DNA from: a virus | Taxonomy: Duplodnaviria; Heunggongvirae; Uroviricota; Caudoviricetes | IMG/VR virus record: IMGVR_UViG_3300009709_000002 | Span: 96,001-160,000 of that record | DNA: 64,000 bases | Strand: one strand, 5' to 3' | Shown here: in pieces, positions 37,143 to 47,176 of the stretch | Layout of the letters: each line of letters starts with the position of its first letter | How positions within the stretch are numbered: the stretch's first letter is position 1 | Translations under genes and position numbers: made by a program | Notes under the pieces: model-generated | The model's database searches: none | The model's input: the letters and a program-made list of their open reading frames with translations, nothing else | What the model was told of the DNA's origin: nothing

Positions 37143-38039
37143 TTATACCTTCAACTTTTTGCGCGACCACTCAACCATACGAGCTGTTTTGTATCCAAAA
37201 GACCGCTTGATGATATCTGGCACTTTCATGATAGCTGCCAGATTTTCTTCAACGGTTGCAGGACCAGCTGTGCTTTTTCTAATCAAAGATGCAATCTTCG
37301 GAGTGGAAACCAAATCATACTGGAAGACAGAATCTTTGCGGCAAAAGACATAACGCTCTTTGACAGAAGTTGCCCATACGTAATTATACCGCGGTTCACC
37401 ACGTGTCCAACTATTGTACTTAGGATTCTTAACCGCTTCTTCAATTTCAACCTTGATGAAGATCTTTCCGAAGTAAACAGCTTCAATACCTTCTTCCAGC
37501 ATGACGACATCACCAGGTGAAACGTCACGGAGAGAGAACTTGGCGGCGGCGGTCTTCAAATCCGTCGTCTTCTTGACAGCAGCATATTCTTCACTACCAG
37601 CAAGAATCAAAGCGTTCTTCGTACCGCTGCGAGCATACAAGCACTCACCTTGAATTTCACCCTTGATGAGGTCAGTCGCTTGAATGATCTCCATCAAGTT
37701 ACCAGTTGTAATCTCGAACTCAAAACCTCGAGGATCTTCAACACGGAAAAGACTACGGCCAGATCCAAAGTGATCACGAACGCGCTTAATATCATCGACA
37801 ATCTTAAAGCCTTTCGTCGGAACATTTGTGATCTTTATCTCTTTGCCGTAAACTTTGACATTTTTCTTCTTGGTTTCATCATACGTCCACACCTGCGCCC
37901 ATTCACGAGCACTATCAACACGCTTCCTACCGCCAACATCATCCGTAAACGGAACGGGCCAGCCAAGCGGTGAATTGCCGCCACAGCTGTGATCCATATC
38001 AGTTCGCAGCGTTACAAAGTAAGTTTCAGGAAAATGCAT
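37143..38039 (-). CDS. conserved phage protein
   Basis: N.P..GF, DPRGFEFEIT..NL motif. Confidence 0.75.
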   Translation of the reverse strand: MHFPETYFVTLRTDMDHSCGGNSPLGWPVPFTDDVGGRKRVDSAREWAQVWTYDETKKKNVKVYGKEIKITNVPTKGFKIVDDIKRVRDHFGSGRSLFRVEDPRGFEFEITTGNLMEIIQATDLIKGEIQGECLYARSGTKNALILAGSEEYAAVKKTTDLKTAAAKFSLRDVSPGDVVMLEEGIEAVYFGKIFIKVEIEEAVKNPKYNSWTRGEPRYNYVWATSVKERYVFCRKDSVFQYDLVSTPKIASLIRKSTAGPATVEENLAAIMKVPDIIKRSFGYKTARMVEWSRKKLKV

Positions 38040-39046
38040 TAAGCAGCCTCTTTGATCTCATAGAATTCACGCAACCACCAAGCCATGTAGCCTTCAAACG
38101 CAGCTTGCATCTCTGGTGTCAGGCTTGGAAGAGTCGATGACTTTTCAAGATCCTTGAGCCGATCTAGCTTAGCCGACAGCTCTTCCGTCACTTCCTTCAA
38201 ATCAACTTCGCCACGTTTGATCGACAGCAAACGATCTACGTAAGCTTGCTCAAATGGAAACTGCAGCTTGTGGTGTTCAAGCAGCATCAGACCTTCATCA
38301 ACGATGCGTAGAGCATGCATCGTAGCTTTCCAGTCAACGTTGCTTTCAGACGCAGCATCTGCACGTGAGCCATACTTCTTCAGCAGCGAGTTTACGACAA
38401 CCTTCGAGTGACCAACCGTGTTGGTGAAGGGGATCGTCTTCTCAAGCAGCTTTAGGCTCGGACGTAATACTCCACCACCGATGTCGTAGTCTTCAAGCTT
38501 GATGTACTTTGGAAACTTCTCTTGAAGCTTTACAGCCTCGGCCGTGAACTCAACTTCTACATCAACGATTTGATCTTCGTTCGAAAAGCCAGCTAGAAGC
38601 TCCTCTACAGCACGAGTCGCATTGAGCCGTTCACCCTTGAATGAATACAAGCTAGCTTGGTTCACTACGTAGCCCATCATCGCCTTGATGTCGGATGTCA
38701 AGAAACGAGTACGAAGCACGTTACAGAAGTCGATGAATCGTTCATCATAGACATGCTGTTCGGCATGAGTACCAGTCACCGAGAAGGCTAGCTCCAACGC
38801 GTAAGTCTGCCCACGCATGAAATCACGAGCAAACACTTGGAGAGGGATGAATTCCTCATCCACGTCTTCGGCTGTATTGCGAACGTTGGTCGCTGTGTTA
38901 GTCTTCTTAAACGTGTTCTTGACCTGTTTACCAAGAAGCAGCTCATCCAGGTCAAGAAGCGTTACGTGTTTGATGTCCCGATCAGAGGTCGGGGTGGATG
39001 TGCCGTACAGCTTAGAGCCGAACAAGCACGTAAACAGCTTTTTCAT
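38039..39046 (-). CDS. Pol-beta superfamily nucleotidyltransferase (RlaP/NrdC.11-like)
   Basis: FGS.LYGT.T..SD.D; DWKA..HA.R. Confidence 0.8.
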   Translation of the reverse strand: MKKLFTCLFGSKLYGTSTPTSDRDIKHVTLLDLDELLLGKQVKNTFKKTNTATNVRNTAEDVDEEFIPLQVFARDFMRGQTYALELAFSVTGTHAEQHVYDERFIDFCNVLRTRFLTSDIKAMMGYVVNQASLYSFKGERLNATRAVEELLAGFSNEDQIVDVEVEFTAEAVKLQEKFPKYIKLEDYDIGGGVLRPSLKLLEKTIPFTNTVGHSKVVVNSLLKKYGSRADAASESNVDWKATMHALRIVDEGLMLLEHHKLQFPFEQAYVDRLLSIKRGEVDLKEVTEELSAKLDRLKDLEKSSTLPSLTPEMQAAFEGYMAWWLREFYEIKEAA

Positions 39047-39402
39047 TATTGCTTCTTCTTATCTCCGAAGCGAAGTTCATACTTCGACTGCGTCGCACGA
39101 ACGCAGTTCCATACGAGCTCCACGACATCATCGTGGAAAGTCTTCGTCTTCTTGTTTGTTAGGTTTGATACATCCGAGGAGAGCACCGCGAGGTTGCTGA
39201 AGAACCAATTTTCGCGAATGTCTGCTGCGCCTGCGGTGTGAGCAATACGATTGAATCGAGCAAAAGCCTTCGAAATGATCGTCTCATACTGCTTTTTGGC
39301 AGGAACTGCCGTCGACGCTGCAATGAACATTTCTTGTGCCAACTGCACAAAGAGGTCTTCACAAGACTGAACGTTTGAGAACTCTGAAGTTTGCATTTTC
39401 AT
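39046..39402 (-). CDS. hypothetical protein
   Basis: Start moved downstream of promoter TTTACA-N17-TATAAT at 39430-39458. Confidence 0.6.
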   Translation of the reverse strand: MKMQTSEFSNVQSCEDLFVQLAQEMFIAASTAVPAKKQYETIISKAFARFNRIAHTAGAADIRENWFFSNLAVLSSDVSNLTNKKTKTFHDDVVELVWNCVRATQSKYELRFGDKKKQ

Positions 39403-39516
39403 CCACTGGGTTGTATTGCCGATAGAGAAATTATATCTCATGCCACAATGGATGTAAAATTTAGTGTGTTTTTGACTCCATAAATAATCGCACAAACAAC
39501 CATACGAGACTTATCC

Positions 39517-39942
39517 ATGGCTAAAGCACCACCACTCGTCGTAGAAGAACTGCAAGACGAGTCAAATTACATCTTTTTGACGTTGATCGAGTATAAGAAA
39601 CAACGATATCTCACGGTCATTGAGAATGTCGTGGATGACGAAATTCAAGCTTACATGCTTGACCAGCTGTCAGCTGAAGGGATAGATCAGAGTTGGTTTA
39701 TGTCTGTGGCTGTGCGTTGGTTTTATTCATCGTCGCACAAATATCCACTTTCATTTGAATTTGCCAAGCTTGGGCAAGGCGAGATTGTTAAGCGAGTGCT
39801 GAAGACCTTCAACATCAACTCAACGTCGAGAATCATCGGGAAGCTTTTCACCTACAAGGTGAATGCTAAGCCGAAGGTAAAGCGTAGAAAGCTAGTTCCG
39901 ATTCCTGAGTACTTCGAAGTCAAGCTAAAGAAGCACGATTAA
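39517..39942 (+). CDS. conserved hypothetical protein, late
   Basis: 141 aa, CATAAATA at 39479-39486. Confidence 0.75.
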   Translation: MAKAPPLVVEELQDESNYIFLTLIEYKKQRYLTVIENVVDDEIQAYMLDQLSAEGIDQSWFMSVAVRWFYSSSHKYPLSFEFAKLGQGEIVKRVLKTFNINSTSRIIGKLFTYKVNAKPKVKRRKLVPIPEYFEVKLKKHD

Positions 39943-40235
39943 GGTACTCCCATATTCACATCCCAAGCTTGCGGAAGGAATCCAAACATCCAAGCGAAGG
40001 TGTAGGGAAGGAACCAGAGATAGTGGATAGCGACGCCGATGACGATCCACTTCGCAATCCAAATGAAGAACTCGGCACGCTGAGTAGCTCGTTCAGGGTG
40101 ATCAGGATCATTCTGAGCAAACATGAAGAACACGAACATGCCGTAACGAATTCGTGCCTGAATGTACAAGATCAATCCGGACAGAATCAAAACGCTCAGC
40201 GGAATATCAAGGAAGTAGCGGAAGAAACCAATCAT
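39939..40235 (-). CDS. membrane protein
   Basis: Multiple hydrophobic segments, GGAG RBS. Confidence 0.7.
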   Translation of the reverse strand: MIGFFRYFLDIPLSVLILSGLILYIQARIRYGMFVFFMFAQNDPDHPERATQRAEFFIWIAKWIVIGVAIHYLWFLPYTFAWMFGFLPQAWDVNMGVP

Positions 40236-40303
40236 TTTCTTCTCCGTGGATGTATAAGTTCATTATAACACATCTACGGAGAAAGTAAATGATTTTGTGG
40301 CCT

Positions 40304-40885
40304 TTAATTGAAGTTTACCCCGGCTTTGATGAGATGTAGCTGCAAAACAGCTGCTAAAGCATATGCAATCGCGTGTGCTTTCTTAAACGCATATCCATTC
40401 GTATCTTGGCGATAAAGCTCAACACGATATCTGAGCGGATCTTGCACGTAGTTCTTCAGCATGAATCGTTTTTGCGGACGAATCAACGCCATGCAATCTG
40501 CTAGCTCAAGAATACTTCTCGGCTTTACTTGCTCGATTACTTCAAAATGTTTTGATAGCTGGAACAGCTGTTGAACGACAGATGGGATTTTGAGCAAGTC
40601 CCAATCCGGTTCTGTCTTTACCAGAATCCGAATTTCTTCTTTTGACTCAAAATAGTCGTAGATGTACAGGTGGAGAAAGTCCACCTTGAAGCAGTCTAGC
40701 TGCTCGGCGATATCATACGGGACCGCCGCAAGACCAGTGATAGGATCAACCGCTATGTCTTGAAAGTACACTCCACATGGATGGGGTAGCAGCTTACCAT
40801 CTTTGTACATGGAAGCTTTTACCACATTCTTCGGAAAGACCTTCAAGGGGTCGAAGCTATTCGGTGTATCTATGTCGATGTCCAT
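40304..40885 (-). CDS. DNA polymerase III alpha (DnaE)-like catalytic fragment
   Basis: DIDID, HPCG, KVDFL, LFQL, ALIRP, YAFKKAHA.AY. Confidence 0.85.
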   Translation of the reverse strand: MDIDIDTPNSFDPLKVFPKNVVKASMYKDGKLLPHPCGVYFQDIAVDPITGLAAVPYDIAEQLDCFKVDFLHLYIYDYFESKEEIRILVKTEPDWDLLKIPSVVQQLFQLSKHFEVIEQVKPRSILELADCMALIRPQKRFMLKNYVQDPLRYRVELYRQDTNGYAFKKAHAIAYALAAVLQLHLIKAGVNFN

Positions 40886-40891
40886 GGAAAT

Positions 40892-40920
40892 ATTCTATCA
40901 TAGAGATCAACAAAAGTAAA
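40892..40920 (-). promoter_or_regulatory. early promoter, leaderless transcript
   Basis: TTTACT-N17-TAGAAT-N6-ATG. Confidence 0.75.
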
Positions 40921-41020
40921 TTATGACAGGGAGCCCATAATCCTCAGATTACAGGCGCCCAGGTACTCCCTCTACACTTGGTAGATGAGCTTTCAAATTT
41001 ACCACCCGCGTGGGCGAACA

Positions 41021-41194
41021 TCACCCGTGGCTTGTTTGCTCGTATAGCTCTGCATTTGACACATTATGTGATCCTCTAATTGCTGATGTAAGTTGTGTCT
41101 TCAGCTCATAATTCTCTCTCACGAGATCATTGATAACTTGTTGTGCTGTCGACAATTGCTTTTCAAGAGTTTTTACTACGTGGCCTGTTGACAT
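41021..41194 (-). CDS. 57-aa coiled-coil peptide, late
   Basis: Not in ORF track; TAAGGAGG RBS; CATAAATA at 41223-41230; MSTGHVVKTLEKQL... Confidence 0.6.
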   Translation of the reverse strand: MSTGHVVKTLEKQLSTAQQVINDLVRENYELKTQLTSAIRGSHNVSNAELYEQTSHG

Positions 41195-41242
41195 TGCAGA
41201 ACCCTCCTTACGATCATGAACCTATTTATGGCCCACTTTCAA

Positions 41243-41911
41243 CTAGATACCTAAAGCCTCCGCAATTTGCTTGAGATCACGAACTTCTTGCGGGTGCTTT
41301 TCAAGCTTGTACGACCAATAATCTACACCAATTTGCTTCATCAAAAGCTGTCGTTCAGAGACAGAGTGACCAGACAGCCACTCCTTGAATTTCTTCGAAC
41401 AGAACAAAAGCCATGGTGAAAGCTTTCTTTGCTGAATGAGCTCCAACATTTCACCGAAGGCTAACTTTGGAAAGACGTCAGAAGTTGGAACTTCAAAGAT
41501 CTCGGACAGTGTCAACATAGTTTCAACCGAGATATTTGCCTGCTCCATCGGAGATGACTTTTTGTCATGCCACTCCAAATACCGCTTGTAAGCCTCCGGG
41601 TGATGCCAAAGATTAGGTTGAAGCTTCTCAGACACCATCAACTTCACATACGCCTTTGAATCAGCGATCTGTAGATCACGACAGTATTGTGCGAACTTCA
41701 TGAACGCCGTGTAGTAGCTTGACGTCATGAAGGTTTCGATTGGTGGTGCTTTACGGCGCTGAGATTCTAACCAGTGGCTATACAATCCATAAGCGGCTCG
41801 ACCGACAGGAGTTTGAATCTCCTTCGTTCGAACCATCTCCTTACATTCATGCCTCAGGTACGCTTTTTCCGTTGCGATTTTCCTGCTGCAGTATTTGCAC
41901 TCGAAGCTCAC
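41243..41911 (-). CDS. conserved Zn-finger protein of large phage replication clusters
   Basis: C.YC...H.C; SPW motif. Confidence 0.75.
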   Translation of the reverse strand: MSFECKYCSRKIATEKAYLRHECKEMVRTKEIQTPVGRAAYGLYSHWLESQRRKAPPIETFMTSSYYTAFMKFAQYCRDLQIADSKAYVKLMVSEKLQPNLWHHPEAYKRYLEWHDKKSSPMEQANISVETMLTLSEIFEVPTSDVFPKLAFGEMLELIQQRKLSPWLLFCSKKFKEWLSGHSVSERQLLMKQIGVDYWSYKLEKHPQEVRDLKQIAEALGI

Positions 41912-42393
41912 TTGATTTCCGATCGTTTGTCTAAATTCATTTTAATCCAATCAGAAACGGATGTGAATTTATGCAAAGACCAAATGTTGATTGCTACCTT
42001 TGGTGGGTGAATGCCATGGTCAGAAAGCATTCTAGCTGCGACTTTTCCGCTCAAACCGAGCTTGTGCATGCCAGAAATCGCCTCATTGTACCCATCTTGT
42101 GGTTGACATGCGAGCATTGCGTCTTGATAGATATCTGAGGGCGCGAGGTGCAAGTCATATACGTAGTCTGGAAGTCGACGTTCTTCTTCACGCACGGTCT
42201 TGTAGAAAATGGCGACCATAGTGATGATGCCACGTTCATTGAAGTGGAACGTACGCCCGTCCTGAGTGTAGACTGCTCGAGGCAGTAGATTCTTCATGTA
42301 CGGCTTTTCAATCGCCGTAGCGTACATCAGCGCAAAATCTTCATCTGTAAATTTCATAGTCCTTTTAGCCTCAAATGACACTGGATGTTTCAC
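41908..42393 (-). CDS. hypothetical protein
   Basis: 161 aa, coupled. Confidence 0.65.
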   Translation of the reverse strand: MKHPVSFEAKRTMKFTDEDFALMYATAIEKPYMKNLLPRAVYTQDGRTFHFNERGIITMVAIFYKTVREEERRLPDYVYDLHLAPSDIYQDAMLACQPQDGYNEAISGMHKLGLSGKVAARMLSDHGIHPPKVAINIWSLHKFTSVSDWIKMNLDKRSEIK

Positions 42394-42863
42394 TTGAGAC
42401 CAAGCTCCTTCTTCAGTGCTTTGATTTCATCAGGTTGCCAACCAAGATCTTCACCCATCTCGAGAATGTCTTGCGGAGAATACAGTCTCATCGCTTCGAT
42501 GGCGTGACGCTCACTTTCCTTCGTGTATTCCTTCACAGCCTGAAGTGAAAGTTTGGTGCCTGCTTTCTTGAGCGTTTTGTGATTCTGCCACTTGTACCGC
42601 TTCACTCCACCTTGTGAGCTGACGGTGAGAAGCTTCAACATCAGCTCCTTGTGATCATTACCTACGCTGAACAGCAGAGTGTTGACGATGCGGTTCAAGA
42701 AGATCAGCTGCTTGTCATTGTTCGTGCCGGTCATCCAGCGAAGAAGCATATAAGGAGAAACCTCCTTGATTTGATCTTCACTGAGAGTGTCCCAGATCGA
42801 GTAGTCTTTCTGATCGATCCGAGCCAACACTTCGAACATGTCTAAGGCTCGTTCTTTTGCCAT
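42390..42863 (-). CDS. clamp loader small subunit (gp62-like)
   Basis: PYMLLRW..N motif, directly downstream of the gp44-like gene. Confidence 0.65.
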   Translation of the reverse strand: MAKERALDMFEVLARIDQKDYSIWDTLSEDQIKEVSPYMLLRWMTGTNNDKQLIFLNRIVNTLLFSVGNDHKELMLKLLTVSSQGGVKRYKWQNHKTLKKAGTKLSLQAVKEYTKESERHAIEAMRLYSPQDILEMGEDLGWQPDEIKALKKELGLK

Positions 42864-43810
42864 TACTTAGTCAATGCCTTCTTAAGGTGAATGCACATTT
42901 CTTCAAAGTTCAGCTGCGGAATAGCAACGAACGCATGACGATACATCGCCTGCGAGATTTGTAGAAGTGCTGCATCGAGAGCTTCAATGGAATTGCACTG
43001 AGGAAACTCGTGGACGTGTTGGTACATGATCTCATATACGTCATTGAATTGCTCGCCAGAGACTTCAGTCTTCACGAATTCACGGAGGCCTTGGATGTTA
43101 CCAGCTACGATCAGCTCTTGAATCTTGAACTGATAGTCAGCGATCGAATTGGCCGAACCAGGAGGTTGGAGCCTGCCGTCCTTCGTATTTTCCTCGAGAC
43201 GGTCAATGATCTTGCGAATGTCTGGGTGCGATTCTTCGATGTAGGTGTTGAGGTTGATCAACGCATCGTCATCGATCTCTACGCCTTCAGCCAAGAGAAT
43301 TTCAACGCAACGCATCAGAATCGCTTCCTTGTCCGGCGCCTTGAAGAAATATTGACGCATGCGAGACTTGATCGCCGGCATGATCTTGTTGGCGTAGTTA
43401 CAAGTTCCAATGAATCGGCAGGTATCGGAGTTCTTTTCAAGAACTTCACGAAGTACGCCCTGTGCGTTCAGCGATAGATAATCCATCTCCTGAAGGCTGA
43501 TGATCTTGAAGGGGCTTGAGAAAGCGAATGATTCGGCGAACGGAAGAATCGTGTTTCGAACGAACTCAACGCTGTTGTCATCAGACGCATTGACGTGGAG
43601 AACGTCAGAGTCTTCGACACCAAGCGAACGGATGAGAATTTCTGTGATGGAAGTTTTACCAGCGCCTTGACTACCAGACAACAGCAAGTGTGGCAGATTG
43701 CCCGACTCGATGATCTCGCTTAGCTTTGCTTTATGCTCTGCATTCTCGAAGATGTATTCATCGATGGTATTCGGACGATACTTTTCTGTCCACAGTTTTT
43801 TGATTGCCAT
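42863..43810 (-). CDS. clamp loader ATPase (gp44/RFC-like)
   Basis: LWTEKYRP, G..GAGKT, NASD, E.D.LS..AQ..LR, SR, DIR. Confidence 0.92.
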   Translation of the reverse strand: MAIKKLWTEKYRPNTIDEYIFENAEHKAKLSEIIESGNLPHLLLSGSQGAGKTSITEILIRSLGVEDSDVLHVNASDDNSVEFVRNTILPFAESFAFSSPFKIISLQEMDYLSLNAQGVLREVLEKNSDTCRFIGTCNYANKIMPAIKSRMRQYFFKAPDKEAILMRCVEILLAEGVEIDDDALINLNTYIEESHPDIRKIIDRLEENTKDGRLQPPGSANSIADYQFKIQELIVAGNIQGLREFVKTEVSGEQFNDVYEIMYQHVHEFPQCNSIEALDAALLQISQAMYRHAFVAIPQLNFEEMCIHLKKALTK

Positions 43811-43884
43811 ATGATATGCCTTTAAAGGGTGAGTTCAGGTTCATTCATTATAACCATCCTCATTATGCCTGTATATTTTACAAC

Positions 43885-43904
43885 AAAGGCGCCGAAGCGC
43901 CTTT
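43885..43904 (-). terminator. terminator
   Basis: AAAGGCGC-TTCG-GCGCCTTT. Confidence 0.7.
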
Positions 43905-43922
43905 GCATGGATTTGCTACTAC

Positions 43923-45248
43923 TTATTCGTAGATCGCTCTTTGCATCGAAATGTCACTAGTTGGCTGAATATCAAGCAAAGGGTCATCAGTTAAGACGAT
44001 TTTGCTCAAAATTGCTGGGTCTACAATGAATTCGCCAGAGTCAATTGCCTCATGGATAATATCCTCAGCAGGTGGAATTTCTTCTACTGCATCTGGAATT
44101 GGCTCTGGATCAAGAGTTACTACAGGAAGAGGCTCAGTGACTTGAATTGGAGCTTCAACGTTTTCTACAACTTCCCCTACGAGCCTTGGATTTTCCAGGC
44201 TCGATCGTCTTACTTCTTCAACCTGAAGTGCTGGCGTATGGTATTGCGGCGACAATGGAGAGTAGGTTGGGAATGAAACTCCCTTCATTCCCTCTGGGTC
44301 AGGATATTTGAATGGATACGTCTGAACCGGAGTTGGTGAAACAACCACCACATTATCAGGTTGAGCCGTCGTAGTTATCTCTACGACTGGTTGAACTGTC
44401 GGTGGTTCAACCGGCTCTGCGATGACCATTTCATCATGCACTGCCGTTGATGTCAACTCCATTTCTACTAGCGGCCGATCTTCAATCACTTGAGCTAAAG
44501 CTGCAACTGGCGGTGTAGTCACCTTCAGCTTTCGATGTTTCTCGAGTGTGAAGTTACCAGCCAAGATAAGCATGATAGCAAGTGGATCAAACACCGAGAT
44601 AATGACGGAGATGATGTACTTACTCGCTTGCTCCATCGTGACGCTAAATGCTTGCGCAATGTAGGCGATAGGGCCAATTTCAACCTGATTGCTAATATCA
44701 GATGTTTGAAGTCCTAGCTGAGCTGTTTTTAGTTGATCAAGCTTCGCCTGATCATCTTTCGATCTTGCGTCGATTCGATCATAGTCTGGCTTAAATGAAG
44801 CCAATAACCGCTGTCGGTCTCGAACTCGATTCGCTGGCAATTGTGCAACCTGGGCGTCAAGCTTCGAGCGCTGGTCAGCCAATTGCGTTAGTTCTGTTTG
44901 GAGTGAGTCTACTTGCGACTTAGAAGCATCAAGCTTTAAGTTCAGCTCTTTGTTCGGCTGCACAGCCTTTTGGAAAGCATTCGATAGATAACCGAAAGCG
45001 CCAGAGGAAGTAATCGTCATCAGAACAATGACGGCAGCTAGGAAGTAAAGCTTCATCGCTAGCTTGATCTCGCCCCAGTTTTTATACAGGAATGAGACGG
45101 ACGTCACTTTAGCGACGTCCAGAATGACAGCCATCACCATAATGACCATGTTCCCAGCGAACAACGAAGACAGTCCGACAACCGAGATGTACGAACCGAT
45201 CGCTTCCATGAGTAGCGCGGTGAGAAAAATGATGGATGTGAAGATCAT
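43923..45248 (-). CDS. multi-TM coiled-coil membrane protein with acidic Pro-rich tail
   Basis: ITS.G.FGYLS, VFDPLA motifs. Confidence 0.8.
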   Translation of the reverse strand: MIFTSIIFLTALLMEAIGSYISVVGLSSLFAGNMVIMVMAVILDVAKVTSVSFLYKNWGEIKLAMKLYFLAAVIVLMTITSSGAFGYLSNAFQKAVQPNKELNLKLDASKSQVDSLQTELTQLADQRSKLDAQVAQLPANRVRDRQRLLASFKPDYDRIDARSKDDQAKLDQLKTAQLGLQTSDISNQVEIGPIAYIAQAFSVTMEQASKYIISVIISVFDPLAIMLILAGNFTLEKHRKLKVTTPPVAALAQVIEDRPLVEMELTSTAVHDEMVIAEPVEPPTVQPVVEITTTAQPDNVVVVSPTPVQTYPFKYPDPEGMKGVSFPTYSPLSPQYHTPALQVEEVRRSSLENPRLVGEVVENVEAPIQVTEPLPVVTLDPEPIPDAVEEIPPAEDIIHEAIDSGEFIVDPAILSKIVLTDDPLLDIQPTSDISMQRAIYE

Positions 45249-45257
45249 GTAGGTCTC

Positions 45258-45569
45258 TTAGAAGTAGCTCTTATACGGCTTGTCAGAAACTACAATGGCC
45301 TTCTCGTCATCGGTCTTCCAAAAACGTTCATCTTTGATCTTAAACGCTTGGGTCCACATACCAGGCTCGATGAGAATGTACTCACCGACCGAAATGTCTT
45401 TGACATTAGGGCCGATGTGAGTTACTTTCCCCCAACGAGGAATGTTAGCTTGCGCGTTCGATGAGTGCGCGATTAGAATGCCAGCGGTGGTGCTGTTGGC
45501 AAACTTGCTGTTCGTAGTGTCATCCACGAACTGGAAGAATACATTATTCTCGAACGGTTGAACGTTCAT
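45258..45569 (-). CDS. GroES-like co-chaperonin
   Basis: T.AGILI mobile loop, GKV...GP...I.VG..I. Confidence 0.75.
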   Translation of the reverse strand: MNVQPFENNVFFQFVDDTTNSKFANSTTAGILIAHSSNAQANIPRWGKVTHIGPNVKDISVGEYILIEPGMWTQAFKIKDERFWKTDDEKAIVVSDKPYKSYF

Positions 45570-45600
45570 ATTTCCTATCTCCTATGAGTTTGGTGGAAGC

Positions 45601-46239
45601 TTAAGCCAGCTTAGCCGAGGCTTTGATACGTTTGAGCTTGGAGTCGTAACCTCGAGCCCAGGTAGTGAAGGACTTCTTGAGAGCCTTAAACTTATCCGTG
45701 AAGATCTTTAACAGATTCTTCACAGCAGCTTCATCGAGAATTTCAACCGATTCTGCTACGTCTTTCTTCACATCTTTAATCGTCAGCGCAGATGACTTCG
45801 GATTGCCAAGGGCACCAGGAATGGTGAATTCCTTGATCAACTCATTGCCCTTTTCTACGAGCTCTGGCATCAGTTCAAGAAGCTTCTTGAAAGCCGCTTC
45901 ATAGTCGACTTTGTCTTCACCGCGTTTTGCAACAGACGCTTTGGAAAGCTGAAGCGTAGCTGAAGCAGTTTCAATGACGCGGGTGACGTAGATTTCTTCA
46001 GCGTCGAAGAGATCTTCAGCCTTTTCCTTCATGTCGGTGTTAAGCTTGCTACGTTGCTCACCGAGCGTTTCAATCTGCTCTTCAATCTTCACATACTCTT
46101 TGATGAGCTTGGTGAAGGTGCCAGATTCCGTACCAGACAGGGCAACAGTTACCTTGTCCAGCTTGTCCTTGACTTTCTTCTCTTGATACACCAGGTCTTG
46201 GCGACGAGCTTCAGCAAGGTAATGTTCCAGTTCTTTCAT
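45601..46239 (-). CDS. hypothetical coiled-coil protein
   Basis: Start moved to MKELEHY. Confidence 0.7.
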   Translation of the reverse strand: MKELEHYLAEARRQDLVYQEKKVKDKLDKVTVALSGTESGTFTKLIKEYVKIEEQIETLGEQRSKLNTDMKEKAEDLFDAEEIYVTRVIETASATLQLSKASVAKRGEDKVDYEAAFKKLLELMPELVEKGNELIKEFTIPGALGNPKSSALTIKDVKKDVAESVEILDEAAVKNLLKIFTDKFKALKKSFTTWARGYDSKLKRIKASAKLA

Positions 46240-46255
46240 GAGGTTCTCTACGTGG

Positions 46256-46585
46256 TTATTTCTTGCTCTTCTTAGCTGCAGCTTGCTGTTCAGCGTCAAT
46301 CAACGTGGATTCGAGCTGTTTTTCAATCTGCTCAGACGAAGTTTGTTCGCCTGCGTGAAGGTTAGCAATTCGTTGTGCTTCCGCTGCTGCGTAAGCTGCT
46401 ACCGCTGCATCCGCTTCTGCCTGCGCAGATTCACGGACTGACTTAGCTTTCGATTCTTTCGAATCGATGAACTGTTTGCGACGGGCTACTTCGATGTTCA
46501 TTGGAGCTTGAGCGAGCTGCTGCTTGATCAGAATCGTATCAAAGTCAACAACTTTGCCGCGCGCTGTGCGAACTAGTCTTGGCAT
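46256..46585 (-). CDS. conserved hypothetical protein
   Basis: RTARGKVVDFD N-terminus, AGGAG RBS. Confidence 0.75.
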   Translation of the reverse strand: MPRLVRTARGKVVDFDTILIKQQLAQAPMNIEVARRKQFIDSKESKAKSVRESAQAEADAAVAAYAAAEAQRIANLHAGEQTSSEQIEKQLESTLIDAEQQAAAKKSKK

Positions 46586-46612
46586 TTCTATTATCTCCTA
46601 GGAGGATGTGTG

Positions 46613-47176
46613 TTAATCTGGTCGTATGAAGTCTGTAATTTCGATTTCGTACAAGACCGGGTCTACATCATGCAAACCTAGAAGGTAAAGAAGATAGCTT
46701 GAGCACGAACTACCACGACCGACACCCCAAACGATGTTCTGCTTTTCAAACTCAGCGAGAACGTAGATCAGTGTGCGGAGAACTGGATAAAGATTGAGGT
46801 CCCTGAAGAGGGTTATCTCCAGCTCAAACCTAGCCAACCGCGCGTCATACAAAGCGTCTTTCTCAACCTTCTCGATCAACCCGATCAGGTATTCATCAAC
46901 GTCTAAGTATTTATAGTGGTCTGGCAGGGTCCAGCTAGGTGGGAAAATGTTTGGAGTGAGCTCGGTCTTGACACCGATCTTCACATCAGAGAATTGATTG
47001 AACTGCCGGAGCTCCGGCGTCATTGAGGTAACTGCTAACTTATTTATCGGCAGTCCCTTGACGATCATGCTTTGAAGCTTGTCTGGTTCGACAACGCTTA
47101 CGCCATCGAACCAGAGCACACGGTCAGACAGTTGCGAGTTCACCAGCCTTGGCCTCGTACTCTGCAGTTTCGACAC
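46613..47176 (-). CDS. DnaE-like N-terminal palm fragment
   Basis: R...E, WGVGRGSS.SS..LYLLG...VDP..Y. Confidence 0.85.
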   Translation of the reverse strand: MSKLQSTRPRLVNSQLSDRVLWFDGVSVVEPDKLQSMIVKGLPINKLAVTSMTPELRQFNQFSDVKIGVKTELTPNIFPPSWTLPDHYKYLDVDEYLIGLIEKVEKDALYDARLARFELEITLFRDLNLYPVLRTLIYVLAEFEKQNIVWGVGRGSSCSSYLLYLLGLHDVDPVLYEIEITDFIRPD

